A stretch of DNA of 55,265 nt, from the IMG/VR virus record IMGVR_UViG_3300037264_004101, positions 1 through 55,265 of that record; one strand, written 5' to 3'. A model generated the notes under the pieces. It had not been told where the DNA came from and made no database searches. It was given only the letters and a program-made list of their open reading frames with translations. Position numbers and translations under genes: made by a program. Positions 1-8,772 of the stretch are shown one piece after another (the first letter of the stretch is position 1; the number at the start of each line of letters is the position of its first letter). The stretch comes from a virus (Duplodnaviria; Caudoviricetes).

Positions 1-1
1 A

Positions 2-1390
2 CTTCTTCGACACCGTCAGCAAGACAGTCAAGTCCGCCGTGAGATCGCGGATCGAACGCAACAGCTCGAAGCGTTGCAAGCTGCTGTTGAGGCTGGCGAT
101 ACGGCTTTGCTCCAACGACTCGGAGTCCTGGCTGCAGAGCTGAAGCAGGAGCGCGCTACTCGGACAGAGCAGACATCGAGCTTGCAAACCTCGATCGACG
201 AAGCAGGGAAGCTCTGCGCCAAGCGTGAAGGTCTTTCGGAAGCAGGCCTTGCAGCTCTCCGACGGGAGATTGCCGAGCGTGCTGCAGAGCTGGAAGCGCT
301 CAGAGTGGCCATGGGAACTGGCGACACCGCCTTGCTCCAACGACTGGGAGTCATGGCCGCAGAGGCCAAGCAGGAGCGCGCTACTCGTACAGAGCAGACC
401 TCGGCCTTGGTCAGCTTGGTCGACGAAGCAGGGAAGCTCACGTCCAAGCATCACGGGCTCGCGGAAGCAGGTCTTGCAGCTCTCCGACGGGAGATTGCCG
501 ACCAGACGCAGCAGCTCGAAGCGTTGCGAGCAGAACTTGACCGTTCTTCCAGGGACACAATCCATCAGCACGGCATTCTCGACCGCGCCCGCATAGCCGA
601 TGTTGTCGAGAACAACCAAAAGGCTGACGCGCTCATGGGGCGTGTTGTGCTCTCGGTGGCTCCTTCCGTCGTGTCTGTCAGTAGCGTTACGCTCAACGCC
701 GCCGGCGTAGGAGAGTATGTCACTCGCATAGGCGTGCATCTGGTCAACCCCCTAACGGGCGAGGTGCATCGCTGGATTCGAGGAGAGCGCCTTCGTGCTT
801 CGCTTGTGGCTACCGTGCCGGGCGGTGTGCCGGCCCCGACCATTAGCGACCCTGTAGAGTTGGAGGACGGCTCCAGCCTGTCGATTCTGACGTGGGGTAC
901 GGGAACGGGCACGTATGACCTCGGTGTTGTAGCTACCGGCACCATCACGTGCGTCGCTGCGGCAAACCTGCTCGACGGCGAAACCGTGACGATCAAGGAC
1001 TGCCATCAGAAAGAGGTCGTCTTCGAGTTCGACGATGATGGCGCGGTGACAGCAGGCAGGGTGCGCGTTCCTGTCGTTACAGGCGCCACCGCCAATGACG
1101 TCGCGCACGCCTTGGCTGTAGCCATTCGGACCTCGGGCATGCGACTTACGACTGACGTGACCGCAGCGGTGCTCACGCTCACGCAGCATTGTGTGGGAGA
1201 CATCGGCAACAATGCCATCGGGGAGACGGTCGCACACGTGGGCTTCGTTGTGGCAGGCTTCTCGGGAGGCAATGCCAACAAGATCGTTGTGACTTTCAAG
1301 GTCGAATCAGCGCTCGATGCCAACGACGACAGGCTGCCATTCGGCAACTTCACGCTTGTTCCTGTCACCCAGACCTTTGTGGTAGTCTGA
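2..1390 (+). CDS. 5'-truncated probable virion protein; N-terminal 75-aa coiled-coil repeats, C-terminal beta-rich domain
   Basis: The frame of ORF 74..1390 is open back to position 2. It has helical RREIA...GLAAL repeats followed by a V/T/G-rich C-terminus, and is co-oriented with the late genes. Confidence 0.6.
   Translation, partial: LLRHRQQDSQVRREIADRTQQLEALQAAVEAGDTALLQRLGVLAAELKQERATRTEQTSSLQTSIDEAGKLCAKREGLSEAGLAALRREIAERAAELEALRVAMGTGDTALLQRLGVMAAEAKQERATRTEQTSALVSLVDEAGKLTSKHHGLAEAGLAALRREIADQTQQLEALRAELDRSSRDTIHQHGILDRARIADVVENNQKADALMGRVVLSVAPSVVSVSSVTLNAAGVGEYVTRIGVHLVNPLTGEVHRWIRGERLRASLVATVPGGVPAPTISDPVELEDGSSLSILTWGTGTGTYDLGVVATGTITCVAAANLLDGETVTIKDCHQKEVVFEFDDDGAVTAGRVRVPVVTGATANDVAHALAVAIRTSGMRLTTDVTAAVLTLTQHCVGDIGNNAIGETVAHVGFVVAGFSGGNANKIVVTFKVESALDANDDRLPFGNFTLVPVTQTFVVV
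35..530 (+). repeat. 225-bp (75-aa) coding tandem repeat, about 2.2 copies
   Basis: The unit start RREIA occurs at 35, 260 and 485, exactly 225 nt apart. Confidence 0.9.
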
Positions 1391-1480
1391 CAAACGCAGT
1401 CGTCCACCGAGCTGCGCTCGGTGTCCTTACAGCCCGCTATTCCCCAGCATTAGCTGCTTCCGCAGCGTAGGAGAAGTCAC

Positions 1481-2464
1481 GTGGCAAAGAAGAAAATCGT
1501 CATTCAGTTTGATGTTGCCCTCCAAGTCGGCACGCTCACACAGCAGAACCTCACGAGCGCAATTTCCACCTCGGGGCTTGATAGCAAGGTCAAGGTTCAT
1601 CCGCTGACGCTCCCTAAGACTCGCGAGGTCTACGGTGTCGAAGTCAAATACGAGGACACCGATCTGGATACCGCCGGTGAGCAGCAGCTCATGAGCGTGA
1701 TCATCTCGGTCACAGGAATCATTCTTCCTGTGGTTCCTGTACCTGAGCCCCTGTTTGTGGCCGCCGTGGTCGGCGCAGGAGAGCGTCTCACAGGACTGGG
1801 CAGTGCTGTCGGCATGTGGTTCGGCAAGATGGTGTTACGATCAACCGGGCGCCCTGGTCGGCTCCCCACCGATATCCACAACTACGCGGGGATGGATGGT
1901 GTCGGTCTCGAAGCCATGAACGAAGATATCCTCGCTGGCGGCAGCACACGAATAGCGGTGGGTCTGGCGGATGCCTTCCAAGTTTGGACGAATGCCAACC
2001 CTCCCGTGTTTTCAAGCATCTTGACGCACGGTGGCGATCGATCGACGATGCTCAATTCCGGTGCCCCGTTCACGGTTTTGACGCTGTACGCCGGCTGTAG
2101 ACATATAAACGATACTGTGGAAGGTCAGCTCCTCGTGAATAACCTCTCGGTCTTTCAGTCTCCTTTTCCGACCTTGCCACTGACCGCCCCCGACACCAAG
2201 ATCGTCTTCCCTGCCAACACCCTCGGTATTGCGCTGCCTTCTGGAGTCTTGCATCTGTCTCACGGACAGATCACGATCCATCGTCCGGCTGTGTTTGAAG
2301 CTGTGGGGGAGGAGAATTACGGAGTAGCGATGTTGCAGTGCTACGTGGGTGATGATTTGAAGCTCTACCTTCGTTCCGCGCGTAGTTTCAACGCCGCTGG
2401 AGAGTCGTTGAGTTCTCTAAATCCTCGCTCCTACGAGAGCGCGGTGCAAGCCGGCGCACTGTAG
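1481..2464 (+). CDS. hypothetical protein, probably virion-associated
   Basis: 327-aa ORF with GTG start and AGGAG RBS upstream. Confidence 0.65.
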   Translation: MAKKKIVIQFDVALQVGTLTQQNLTSAISTSGLDSKVKVHPLTLPKTREVYGVEVKYEDTDLDTAGEQQLMSVIISVTGIILPVVPVPEPLFVAAVVGAGERLTGLGSAVGMWFGKMVLRSTGRPGRLPTDIHNYAGMDGVGLEAMNEDILAGGSTRIAVGLADAFQVWTNANPPVFSSILTHGGDRSTMLNSGAPFTVLTLYAGCRHINDTVEGQLLVNNLSVFQSPFPTLPLTAPDTKIVFPANTLGIALPSGVLHLSHGQITIHRPAVFEAVGEENYGVAMLQCYVGDDLKLYLRSARSFNAAGESLSSLNPRSYESAVQAGAL

Positions 2465-2473
2465 CGTTAACGA

Positions 2474-2499
2474 GAAAGGGGAGCTTGTGCTCCCCTTTC
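2474..2499 (+). terminator. possible intrinsic terminator hairpin
   Basis: GAAAGGGGAGC-ttgt-GCTCCCCTTTC, an 11-bp stem 10 nt after the stop codon; the U-tail is weak. Confidence 0.5.
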
Positions 2500-2511
2500 A
2501 TCTCTGGTCTA

Positions 2512-2541
2512 GTCGGGCTCCTCACGCAAGAGGAGCCCGAC
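2512..2541 (+). promoter_or_regulatory. hairpin sequestering the RBS of the 2543 gene
   Basis: GTCGGGCTCCTC-acgcaa-GAGGAGCCCGAC is a perfect 12-bp stem containing the SD GAGGAG and ending just before the ATG. Confidence 0.6.
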
Positions 2542-2542
2542 C

Positions 2543-4138
2543 ATGGCATCTTCGGAAGCTCTGCTTCGTTCGCTGCAGAAGTATGCACACGTCCCTTCCT
2601 CCGAGGTGGCGTTGATCGCCAGGGAGCTGGACGAGCAGCCTTTGGCAGGCTACCTGACGACCGGCGAAGCGTTGACGATTCCCGTTGATTACGTTGCGGG
2701 AACTTCGGTGGATCCTCCTGCAGGCACCGTGCTGGCCACGCAGCTTGACGTGACCCGGGCTCTAGCAGGCGCTCCCGCCTTCAAGCACCTGCAGCTCGTC
2801 TACAACGCCCTGCCTCGGGACGTGAATCATCCCGTGACGTTCAATCTTGCGGCAGGAATCCATCGGCCTCATCCCACGCTTCCAGCGGGCATCGCTTGTT
2901 GGCTGCTCAACACGAAGTTTGTGTTTCCGAACGGGAGCATCAACTTCAACGGCGCCCCCCCGTCCCTCTACACTCCCCGACCCACCGTGCCGACTGCGCA
3001 AGCGGTGACGGCTATCCAGGCCGCCAGTGGCGATCCCTACATCGACGTTGCCGGCACGCCTTGGGCGACGTTCAACCTCAAGGGCTCTTACGCCGTGCTC
3101 AACACAGGGCAAGCGGCGCTCATCCATGACCACACGGACAGCCGGCTGTTCGTGCTTGGCGCCATCAGCCCGGTGCCATCTTCGATCCTGTTCATCGGCA
3201 GACCGTCTACGGTGCTCCGCAACAGCGTCAACGACACCACGGCGTTCAAGATTTTCACTCTCCAGATTTCCAGCCTGGGCAGTGCGAATGCCGCAGCATT
3301 ATTGCTAGGCTCAATGAACTTCCAAGATGTGATGGTCGACCCCTTCGGTGCAGCCTCGAACGTCTGGAGCATGATCCTAGGTGCTCAACAGCTCACGCGC
3401 GTCGTCATGGATCAAGATTCGGTCATCGACAACGTGCCTGCAGGGACGCCAAACGGCAACGGTTGGGTGCTGATACCAGATTTTCTGAGTAGCACTCTAG
3501 GAGCGGCCTTCAACGACTGCTCTTTCATCAACCGCCAGACCAGCGGCGGCGCCGACCTGCTTATCAGCATCACTGGCGCCATGGCAGTGCAGCGCTGCTA
3601 CTTCGAGAACAGCGAAGATGCCGTGGTGTGCCGAGCGCCTGGGGCTCTGGTGTCCTTCCGCAATACCGTGTTCAATTCCGTGGGCCAGGCCGTCGGTGCC
3701 AATGCCGGCAGCTTGACCATGGAAGGCGCGATGCGCGTGGACTTCAACGACGCGGCTTCCTCCGGCAAGCAGAATGAGTTTCGCAACGGCAAGGCGAGCG
3801 TTCCTTGTGTCGTGCTTCGCAACGGTGCTCACACACGGACCGATGTGCAATATGCGCAATTCAAGGACAACGCCGCGCAGTGCGTGCTGGTGAAATCGGG
3901 GAGCGTTGCCGACGTGTCCGGATGCACGGCAGGGCAAGGCTTTAAGAACGTCTCCGGGAACGCGGACGTGGGTATCGAGGTCGCCGGCCCTGGAGCTGTC
4001 GTCAATCTGAATACGGGAACGGACGTGACCGGCACGGCAGGTGACGTCCGTCTTGCAGGCTTGGCTGTTGCTTACGCAGCCATTCCAGCAACCGGAGTCG
4101 GCGACTCTGCTTTGGCCAATGCGGCCAGGAGGGCGTGA
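2543..4138 (+). CDS. putative tailspike or receptor-binding protein with beta-helix-like C-terminus
   Basis: 531 aa with repeating beta-strand/Asn patterns (AFNDCSFIN, VQRCYFEN, SFRNTVFN). Confidence 0.5.
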   Translation: MASSEALLRSLQKYAHVPSSEVALIARELDEQPLAGYLTTGEALTIPVDYVAGTSVDPPAGTVLATQLDVTRALAGAPAFKHLQLVYNALPRDVNHPVTFNLAAGIHRPHPTLPAGIACWLLNTKFVFPNGSINFNGAPPSLYTPRPTVPTAQAVTAIQAASGDPYIDVAGTPWATFNLKGSYAVLNTGQAALIHDHTDSRLFVLGAISPVPSSILFIGRPSTVLRNSVNDTTAFKIFTLQISSLGSANAAALLLGSMNFQDVMVDPFGAASNVWSMILGAQQLTRVVMDQDSVIDNVPAGTPNGNGWVLIPDFLSSTLGAAFNDCSFINRQTSGGADLLISITGAMAVQRCYFENSEDAVVCRAPGALVSFRNTVFNSVGQAVGANAGSLTMEGAMRVDFNDAASSGKQNEFRNGKASVPCVVLRNGAHTRTDVQYAQFKDNAAQCVLVKSGSVADVSGCTAGQGFKNVSGNADVGIEVAGPGAVVNLNTGTDVTGTAGDVRLAGLAVAYAAIPATGVGDSALANAARRA

Positions 4139-4389
4139 TGGATCTGGGCGAGTACCGAATCAAGTGTGTGAAGCAGGGTGGCGAGACCGTGCCGATCTAC
4201 GACTATGGGGCGCTGGAGGGCGAGGAGCTGGACCTGCTCGACCCCGAGCTTCCTGACACCCTTCGAGCCGCCGACTACCAGACAGCCTGCAATATGTGCG
4301 AGGATGTAGGCTTCCCGCTTGCGCAGCGAATCGCGGACGGCTCTTGGGTCTTGGTGCGAAAGCGGGCACCGCTACCGTCGATGGAGTAA
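4135..4389 (+). CDS. hypothetical protein
   Basis: 84-aa ORF coupled to the upstream stop, GGAGGG RBS. Confidence 0.6.
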   Translation: MMDLGEYRIKCVKQGGETVPIYDYGALEGEELDLLDPELPDTLRAADYQTACNMCEDVGFPLAQRIADGSWVLVRKRAPLPSME

Positions 4390-4431
4390 CCCTGCTGTTC
4401 AGTCTTGACAGGCTTCGTGCTATCAGGGCAT

Positions 4432-5130
4432 ATGTCGCCACCATTCAACCCCAGCATCCCTCTCGTTCTGTCACCCAACCGATCGCCGAGAAAGCCTGGC
4501 CCCTGGTCCGGGACCGTGATTCACTTCACCGCCAGCCGGCCGGGGACAAGGGGAGACATTGCTTGGCTGTGCGACCCGCGCTCAAGCGCGAGCGCTCACT
4601 TCGTGGTGTCCAGGGAGGGAGCTATTGTGCAGCTCGTGTCGCTCGAGGACACGGCCTGGCATGCCGGCATCAGCGCGCTACCGCAGCTCACGGGTCAATC
4701 TATAAGGGGCTGCAATTCGCTGACGCTAGGAATTGAGCTAGACAATCTTGGGCCGCTCGTGCTCGATCCCGAAGGCGAGCCGGGGTTCTGGTTCGAGGAA
4801 GGCAACGCTCTCAAGCCCTACGAAGGCCTCCCGCCCGTCGAGGCGACGCTGGCATGGACCGAGGGGCCAAGGATTCACTGCTTCTGGGAGCCCTACGCAG
4901 AGCCGCAGCTTGAGGCCTTGGCCAAGCTCTTGGTCTGGCTGGCCGAGGTGGGGCATCGTGACGCGGTGCACAATCTGGTCGGGCACGAGGAGGTGGCGTT
5001 GCCGGCCGGACGGAAGCGCGACCCTGGGCCGCTGTTTCCGTGGGCGCGGTTCGCGCGCAGGCTGCCGCGCCGAACGAGCTCGCTACTGGTCCAGCACAGC
5101 CCAGACATCGAGGATGCTGTTGGCGGCTAG
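4432..5130 (+). CDS. N-acetylmuramoyl-L-alanine amidase (Amidase_2/AmpD-like) endolysin
   Basis: Motifs VIHFTA, SAHFVV, AWHAG, LGIEL, LVGHEEVA and RKRDPGPLFPW. Confidence 0.92.
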   Translation: MSPPFNPSIPLVLSPNRSPRKPGPWSGTVIHFTASRPGTRGDIAWLCDPRSSASAHFVVSREGAIVQLVSLEDTAWHAGISALPQLTGQSIRGCNSLTLGIELDNLGPLVLDPEGEPGFWFEEGNALKPYEGLPPVEATLAWTEGPRIHCFWEPYAEPQLEALAKLLVWLAEVGHRDAVHNLVGHEEVALPAGRKRDPGPLFPWARFARRLPRRTSSLLVQHSPDIEDAVGG

Positions 5131-5508
5131 GTTCCAGACCACCAAACTCCCCCCTGCCGGAATGGTCAGGCCTCGCTTGGCGCCGGACCAGAACTCGAAG
5201 ACGTGAGTGTCGACGGCCGCAGGCAGGCTCACGCGGCGCACGAAGCGCACGGGGGCGGTCGGAGGCGTGCCCCAAGCCACGGCTCCCGCTACGATGCCGC
5301 TGGCACCGTTCGCGTCTTCAAAAAGCACGGGCGCGGTAGGCGTGACGCCGATGGCGGCCGGGCGGCCGATGGCGAGTAGCGACGCCGTGGCCGTGACCAG
5401 GGACACGCCGATCTCGTAAATACGCGCGCCCTGGGTGCCGGCAATGATTTCCCAAGCTGCGGCGTTGATGGTTCCGGTGATGGTTCTTTGTGCAAGGCTA
5501 AGGCTCAT
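5083..5508 (-). CDS. hypothetical protein
   Basis: 141-aa beta-rich ORF, last gene of the leftward arm; overlaps the amidase 3' end. Confidence 0.55.
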   Translation of the reverse strand: MSLSLAQRTITGTINAAAWEIIAGTQGARIYEIGVSLVTATASLLAIGRPAAIGVTPTAPVLFEDANGASGIVAGAVAWGTPPTAPVRFVRRVSLPAAVDTHVFEFWSGAKRGLTIPAGGSLVVWNLAANSILDVWAVLDQ

Positions 5509-5743
5509 GCTGCACCCTACGCTTTCGGGGACAGGCCTTCAAGTATGCCTTGGCTTCACCATCGGCAGGCTCGAAGGTCTCTCGAAATTCCTCGTCGGAC
5601 CAGGTCGTGATGTCTCCGGCACGGTTCACCACGACCCAGAATCCCGTGTTCCCGATGAGCTTGCGCCCACCGACGATGGCGATACCGTTGTCGTCTATCT
5701 GGGTCGCCGAGACCTCGGCCGAGAGGAGTTTGAAGCGGTGCAT
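5498..5743 (-). CDS. small conserved-type phage protein
   Basis: GFWVVVNRAGDITTWSDEEFRETFEP resembles the common phage G(D)W(I)I...F..TYE family. Confidence 0.55.
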   Translation of the reverse strand: MHRFKLLSAEVSATQIDDNGIAIVGGRKLIGNTGFWVVVNRAGDITTWSDEEFRETFEPADGEAKAYLKACPRKRRVQHEP

Positions 5744-5927
5744 GGTTGCGCACCTTACCCGGCCGAGTTAGTCTCGGCTATGGCCAATATTGGGGTGGTA
5801 GCTTCCTCCCCCAAACCTCCAGAGGCCATAGCCGCGCGGCCCGCGCCTCGGGATTGCGAGCGTCTTCGGGCGCCCAGCGCGGCACGTCAAAAGTCCGTGA
5901 TCGGGCAGGCTCTAGTGACCGTGTGGT

Positions 5928-6140
5928 CTACCATCCAACGTCTTTGCTGATGCGAACGTGCTCGTGGTCGGCTAGGTCCGCGCGCTTGGTATTCATTACC
6001 TGCTTAAAATAGTCCCCGACGTCTCCCTGAAAAAGGGGGTCGCCGACAGGAGCGAAGCGCCAGCGCTGCAGGAGCTGACAATAGTCCATGCCGTCGATGA
6101 ACTGTTTGGTGTTTTCGTCAAGAAGAAGGTTTGCTGACAT
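5928..6140 (-). CDS. hypothetical protein (paralog of 6945..7148)
   Basis: GGGAGG RBS; shares LDE.TK..ID...Y..LL..WRFAP...QG..G.YF..V...R...H.RISK.V with its paralog. Confidence 0.7.
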   Translation of the reverse strand: MSANLLLDENTKQFIDGMDYCQLLQRWRFAPVGDPLFQGDVGDYFKQVMNTKRADLADHEHVRISKDVGW

Positions 6141-6154
6141 GGCGTCCTCCCGTT

Positions 6155-6691
6155 TCACGTGAAACGCTTGAGCTGTTCGACAACGGGGCGTGCATCGTCA
6201 CCCCATGATTGGAGCTGTGCCAACGTCGGGGCCTTGCCGTCAACGATGAAGACATAGATGTCACGGACAAGCTCGAGCAGCTCCGGCGCGGCAGCAATGA
6301 GCGCTGCGTCAGCTCGGCGCGCGTGTGCTGACTCCTTATGAGTAGTCAGCTCACATACCGTGAAGCGGTTTTCATCCCTCACCACGATTGGCACGTCCGC
6401 GCTTTCGATAGGCGCCACGTGCCATCTCTCAGGTTCAGCCTTCGCAGGAGAAGGAGGTTGTTCAAAGAGAGCATTGAGGCGTGCTTCGAGTTCCTTGCCT
6501 TTCATCTTGTCGCTGTTGAAAGCCGCAAACGCCTCGTACAATTGGCGTTCGTGGTTCCCTGCAAAGGGAGGAGCTGACTCGACGGGTGTCGTGTACCGGC
6601 GCAACTCCAGTGCCCAAGCCCAAGCCGCGTAACTGTCTCTTTCCTGCACCGACTTGCGGAACTGCTCGAGCAGAACATCGGAATAGTTCAT
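6155..6691 (-). CDS. hypothetical protein
   Basis: 178 aa with the common phage motif DAALIAAAPELLE. Confidence 0.7.
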   Translation of the reverse strand: MNYSDVLLEQFRKSVQERDSYAAWAWALELRRYTTPVESAPPFAGNHERQLYEAFAAFNSDKMKGKELEARLNALFEQPPSPAKAEPERWHVAPIESADVPIVVRDENRFTVCELTTHKESAHARRADAALIAAAPELLELVRDIYVFIVDGKAPTLAQLQSWGDDARPVVEQLKRFT

Positions 6692-6945
6692 TAGGTCACA
6701 CTCACTTTCTTACTGATGCTAGCGGTCTCGCTGTCAGGCAAAGCATCGCTCTCCAGTATCGTACAGAGGATCGATATGACCATGCGCATTAGCATCCGGA
6801 TGTTGGCAGGGCATTGGCGCGCCGAAAGTTCTCTCTCACGTGAGGGGCCTTCTCTGATTTCTTGCGCGCGTATGCGCTGATATGCAGTTTCAATGAGCTT
6901 GTCCGTGCAGGCTTTCGCATCCTCGCCGATGTGGCAATGTTCCAT
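6691..6945 (-). CDS. hypothetical protein
   Basis: 84 aa, with 1-nt stop/start overlaps on both sides. Confidence 0.55.
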   Translation of the reverse strand: MEHCHIGEDAKACTDKLIETAYQRIRAQEIREGPSRERELSARQCPANIRMLMRMVISILCTILESDALPDSETASISKKVSVT

Positions 6946-7148
6946 CAGGTCACACTCACCTTCTTGCTGATTCGATGCGCTTCAACCGCACCCAGAGCGC
7001 GTCGCTTCTTGTCGAGCACCTTGCAGAAATAATAACCTGCCTTGCCCTGGCACCAAGCCGTTCCGGGCGGCGCGAAGCGCCAGTAGACAAGGAGGTCTTC
7101 GTAACTCAGGGCGTCGATTTGTTCTTTGGTGGCCTCGTCGAGTTTCAT
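6945..7148 (-). CDS. hypothetical protein (paralog of 5928..6140)
   Basis: Start MKLDEATK overlaps the upstream stop (ATGA). Confidence 0.7.
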   Translation of the reverse strand: MKLDEATKEQIDALSYEDLLVYWRFAPPGTAWCQGKAGYYFCKVLDKKRRALGAVEAHRISKKVSVT

Positions 7149-7786
7149 GCTGACCCTCTGCGCGACGTGCGCACCGCTGCGACCTGGAACGCGCGCCAGC
7201 CGGGAATGGCAGGATCGGTACCGAGTGCCTTGGTGAACGCTTCGAGCTTGGCGACGTTGGGCATCAGATACTCTCGCGGGATGAGAGCGGCGTCCAAGAC
7301 CTCCCCCGTCCATTCGATCTTCGATGACGCCCCGGTGTCGGCAGCCACGTGCTGCTCGGCCTGCACATAGGCATCCATGGCCACCGAGGTCTGACCCTGC
7401 GTGAGCGCCGCCGCTGATGCCTTGAGCAGCCGGTCGCGCTCCTGCGCCTGCGCCACGTCATAGGCTCCGATCTTGGCCTTCAGAATCTCGGTGGCGCGTT
7501 TGAGAGCGGCTGTTACCGGCCTGAAAGTAGCGTCGATATCCGACGTGACCGCCTTGAGCGGCCCGACCCACGAGAGGCGCTTCTTGTCGATGATGTCATG
7601 GCGCTGCGCGACTTCGGCGAGAGCGTTGCTGGCGAACTCGCGCTCAGCCGACTGGGTGATTGTGACCTGCTCAAGGAAGGCGAGCACCTGTTCGGCTTCC
7701 CCTATGCTCGCCTGGATGAACTCGTCGACCTCCTTGCGAGGTGGAATCGTTGTCAGCTCCGTTACGACTTTCTTCTTTGGGGGCAT
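7145..7786 (-). CDS. coiled-coil protein, Gp157/Gam-like
   Basis: Long helical body, C-terminal IPREYLMPN..KL...IPG motif, AGGAG RBS. Confidence 0.55.
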   Translation of the reverse strand: MPPKKKVVTELTTIPPRKEVDEFIQASIGEAEQVLAFLEQVTITQSAEREFASNALAEVAQRHDIIDKKRLSWVGPLKAVTSDIDATFRPVTAALKRATEILKAKIGAYDVAQAQERDRLLKASAAALTQGQTSVAMDAYVQAEQHVAADTGASSKIEWTGEVLDAALIPREYLMPNVAKLEAFTKALGTDPAIPGWRAFQVAAVRTSRRGSA

Positions 7787-7894
7787 TCTTATCTCCTGGA
7801 TGTGAAGGTCATGCCGCTAAGCATTGTGGGCACAGCCCTAGAAACTGGGTGGGCGAGAAGCGCCCGTGCCAAGAACATGACGACAATTGCGTGC

Positions 7895-8122
7895 TCACGA
7901 CTTTCGAGAGAAGCCGCAGAGCCGGCAAGTATCCTGGTCTTCGTGCATGTACCAAGGATAGCAGCAGGCGCAGCGACCGAGAGCGACGCTGAACCCCTGA
8001 TAGTAACAATCAAAAAAACCTTCAGGTCGTGACACGTCGACGAACGCGACACCGACAGTGCCGTCTTCGGCGCCTGCCAAGTAGGCGCGCGCCATTCGAC
8101 GCACGTGCTCTGTCGCGCTCAT
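7895..8122 (-). CDS. small Cys-rich hypothetical protein
   Basis: 75 aa with CACC and CRLC; ATGA overlap with the upstream gene. Confidence 0.55.
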   Translation of the reverse strand: MSATEHVRRMARAYLAGAEDGTVGVAFVDVSRPEGFFDCYYQGFSVALGRCACCYPWYMHEDQDTCRLCGFSRKS

Positions 8123-8361
8123 GGCAGGATCACGTATCTGCCGTTTGACTTGCCGCCCAGACGCGCAAGTACGCTGTCCTCCTGGAGCGCGTCAAACAGG
8201 AAGTGAACGGCCCGCCCTGTCACCCTCAGGTGCTTGGCGATCTCCTCGACGCTACGCGGTTTCTGTAGGTACAGCCGCATCTTCGCGAGTCGATGATGCC
8301 TGGCGATGGAACGCAGGTCGGGAAGCCCGGCTTTCGTGACCTTCGGCGCATTGATGACCAT
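8119..8361 (-). CDS. putative winged HTH DNA-binding protein
   Basis: SVEEIAKHLRVTGRAVHFLFDAL helix-turn-helix pattern; GGAGG RBS. Confidence 0.65.
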   Translation of the reverse strand: MVINAPKVTKAGLPDLRSIARHHRLAKMRLYLQKPRSVEEIAKHLRVTGRAVHFLFDALQEDSVLARLGGKSNGRYVILP

Positions 8362-8415
8362 GATGCCTCCAGAAAGAGTGTACCTATACAGTAAGGTACA
8401 TTGCGTGTAAAGACC

Positions 8416-8679
8416 TCACGGCCGGAGACCCTGCTCATAGACAGCTTGTGCAATCTGCTCCAGCTCCTCGCGCACCTCGGCCAGCCGTAAGACTCGGCTC
8501 CCGTGTTCGCGCCGTGCTTGCTCGAAGGCGCCTTCATCTTGGACGTAATAATCGCGTCCATTAGGGGCTGCTCTCTCGAGCGCATGTTCAGCGGCTCGCA
8601 GCGCTTCCGTTGCATATTGGAGCTGCACGAGAAGCTCCGCCCCGCTCGTACCGTTCAGATGAACCGTCGGTATGCGCAT
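8416..8679 (-). CDS. hypothetical helical phage protein (gene 4 of the hammerhead operon)
   Basis: ATG at 8679 after GGGAGAGA RBS; PTVHLNGTS...PNGRDYY. Confidence 0.75.
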   Translation of the reverse strand: MRIPTVHLNGTSGAELLVQLQYATEALRAAEHALERAAPNGRDYYVQDEGAFEQARREHGSRVLRLAEVREELEQIAQAVYEQGLRP

Positions 8680-8695
8680 GACTCTCTCCCTTGGT

Positions 8696-8772
8696 TGCGA
8701 GGAGCGACCTCGGAAAAACCTCATCAGGCCAGGCGCTACCTGGCGACGCGCCGCCGTGGCGCGTTTCGGCTA
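8696..8772 (-). ncRNA. type II hammerhead ribozyme HH1
   Basis: Minus strand: UAG-CC-GAAAC-GCGCC acggc GGCGC-GUC^-GCCAGG uagcg CCUGGC-CUGAUGA-GGUU...GAGG ucgcu CCUC. The core is complete; predicted cut at 8745/8744. Confidence 0.9.

Noticed and set aside
4405-4431. TTGACA upstream of the amidase as a sigma70 promoter
   Set aside because: There is no acceptable -10 at 16-18 nt spacing.
5755-5934. Possible TGA-readthrough ORF on the minus strand
   Set aside because: TGA is used as a normal stop throughout, and the product has no recognisable features.
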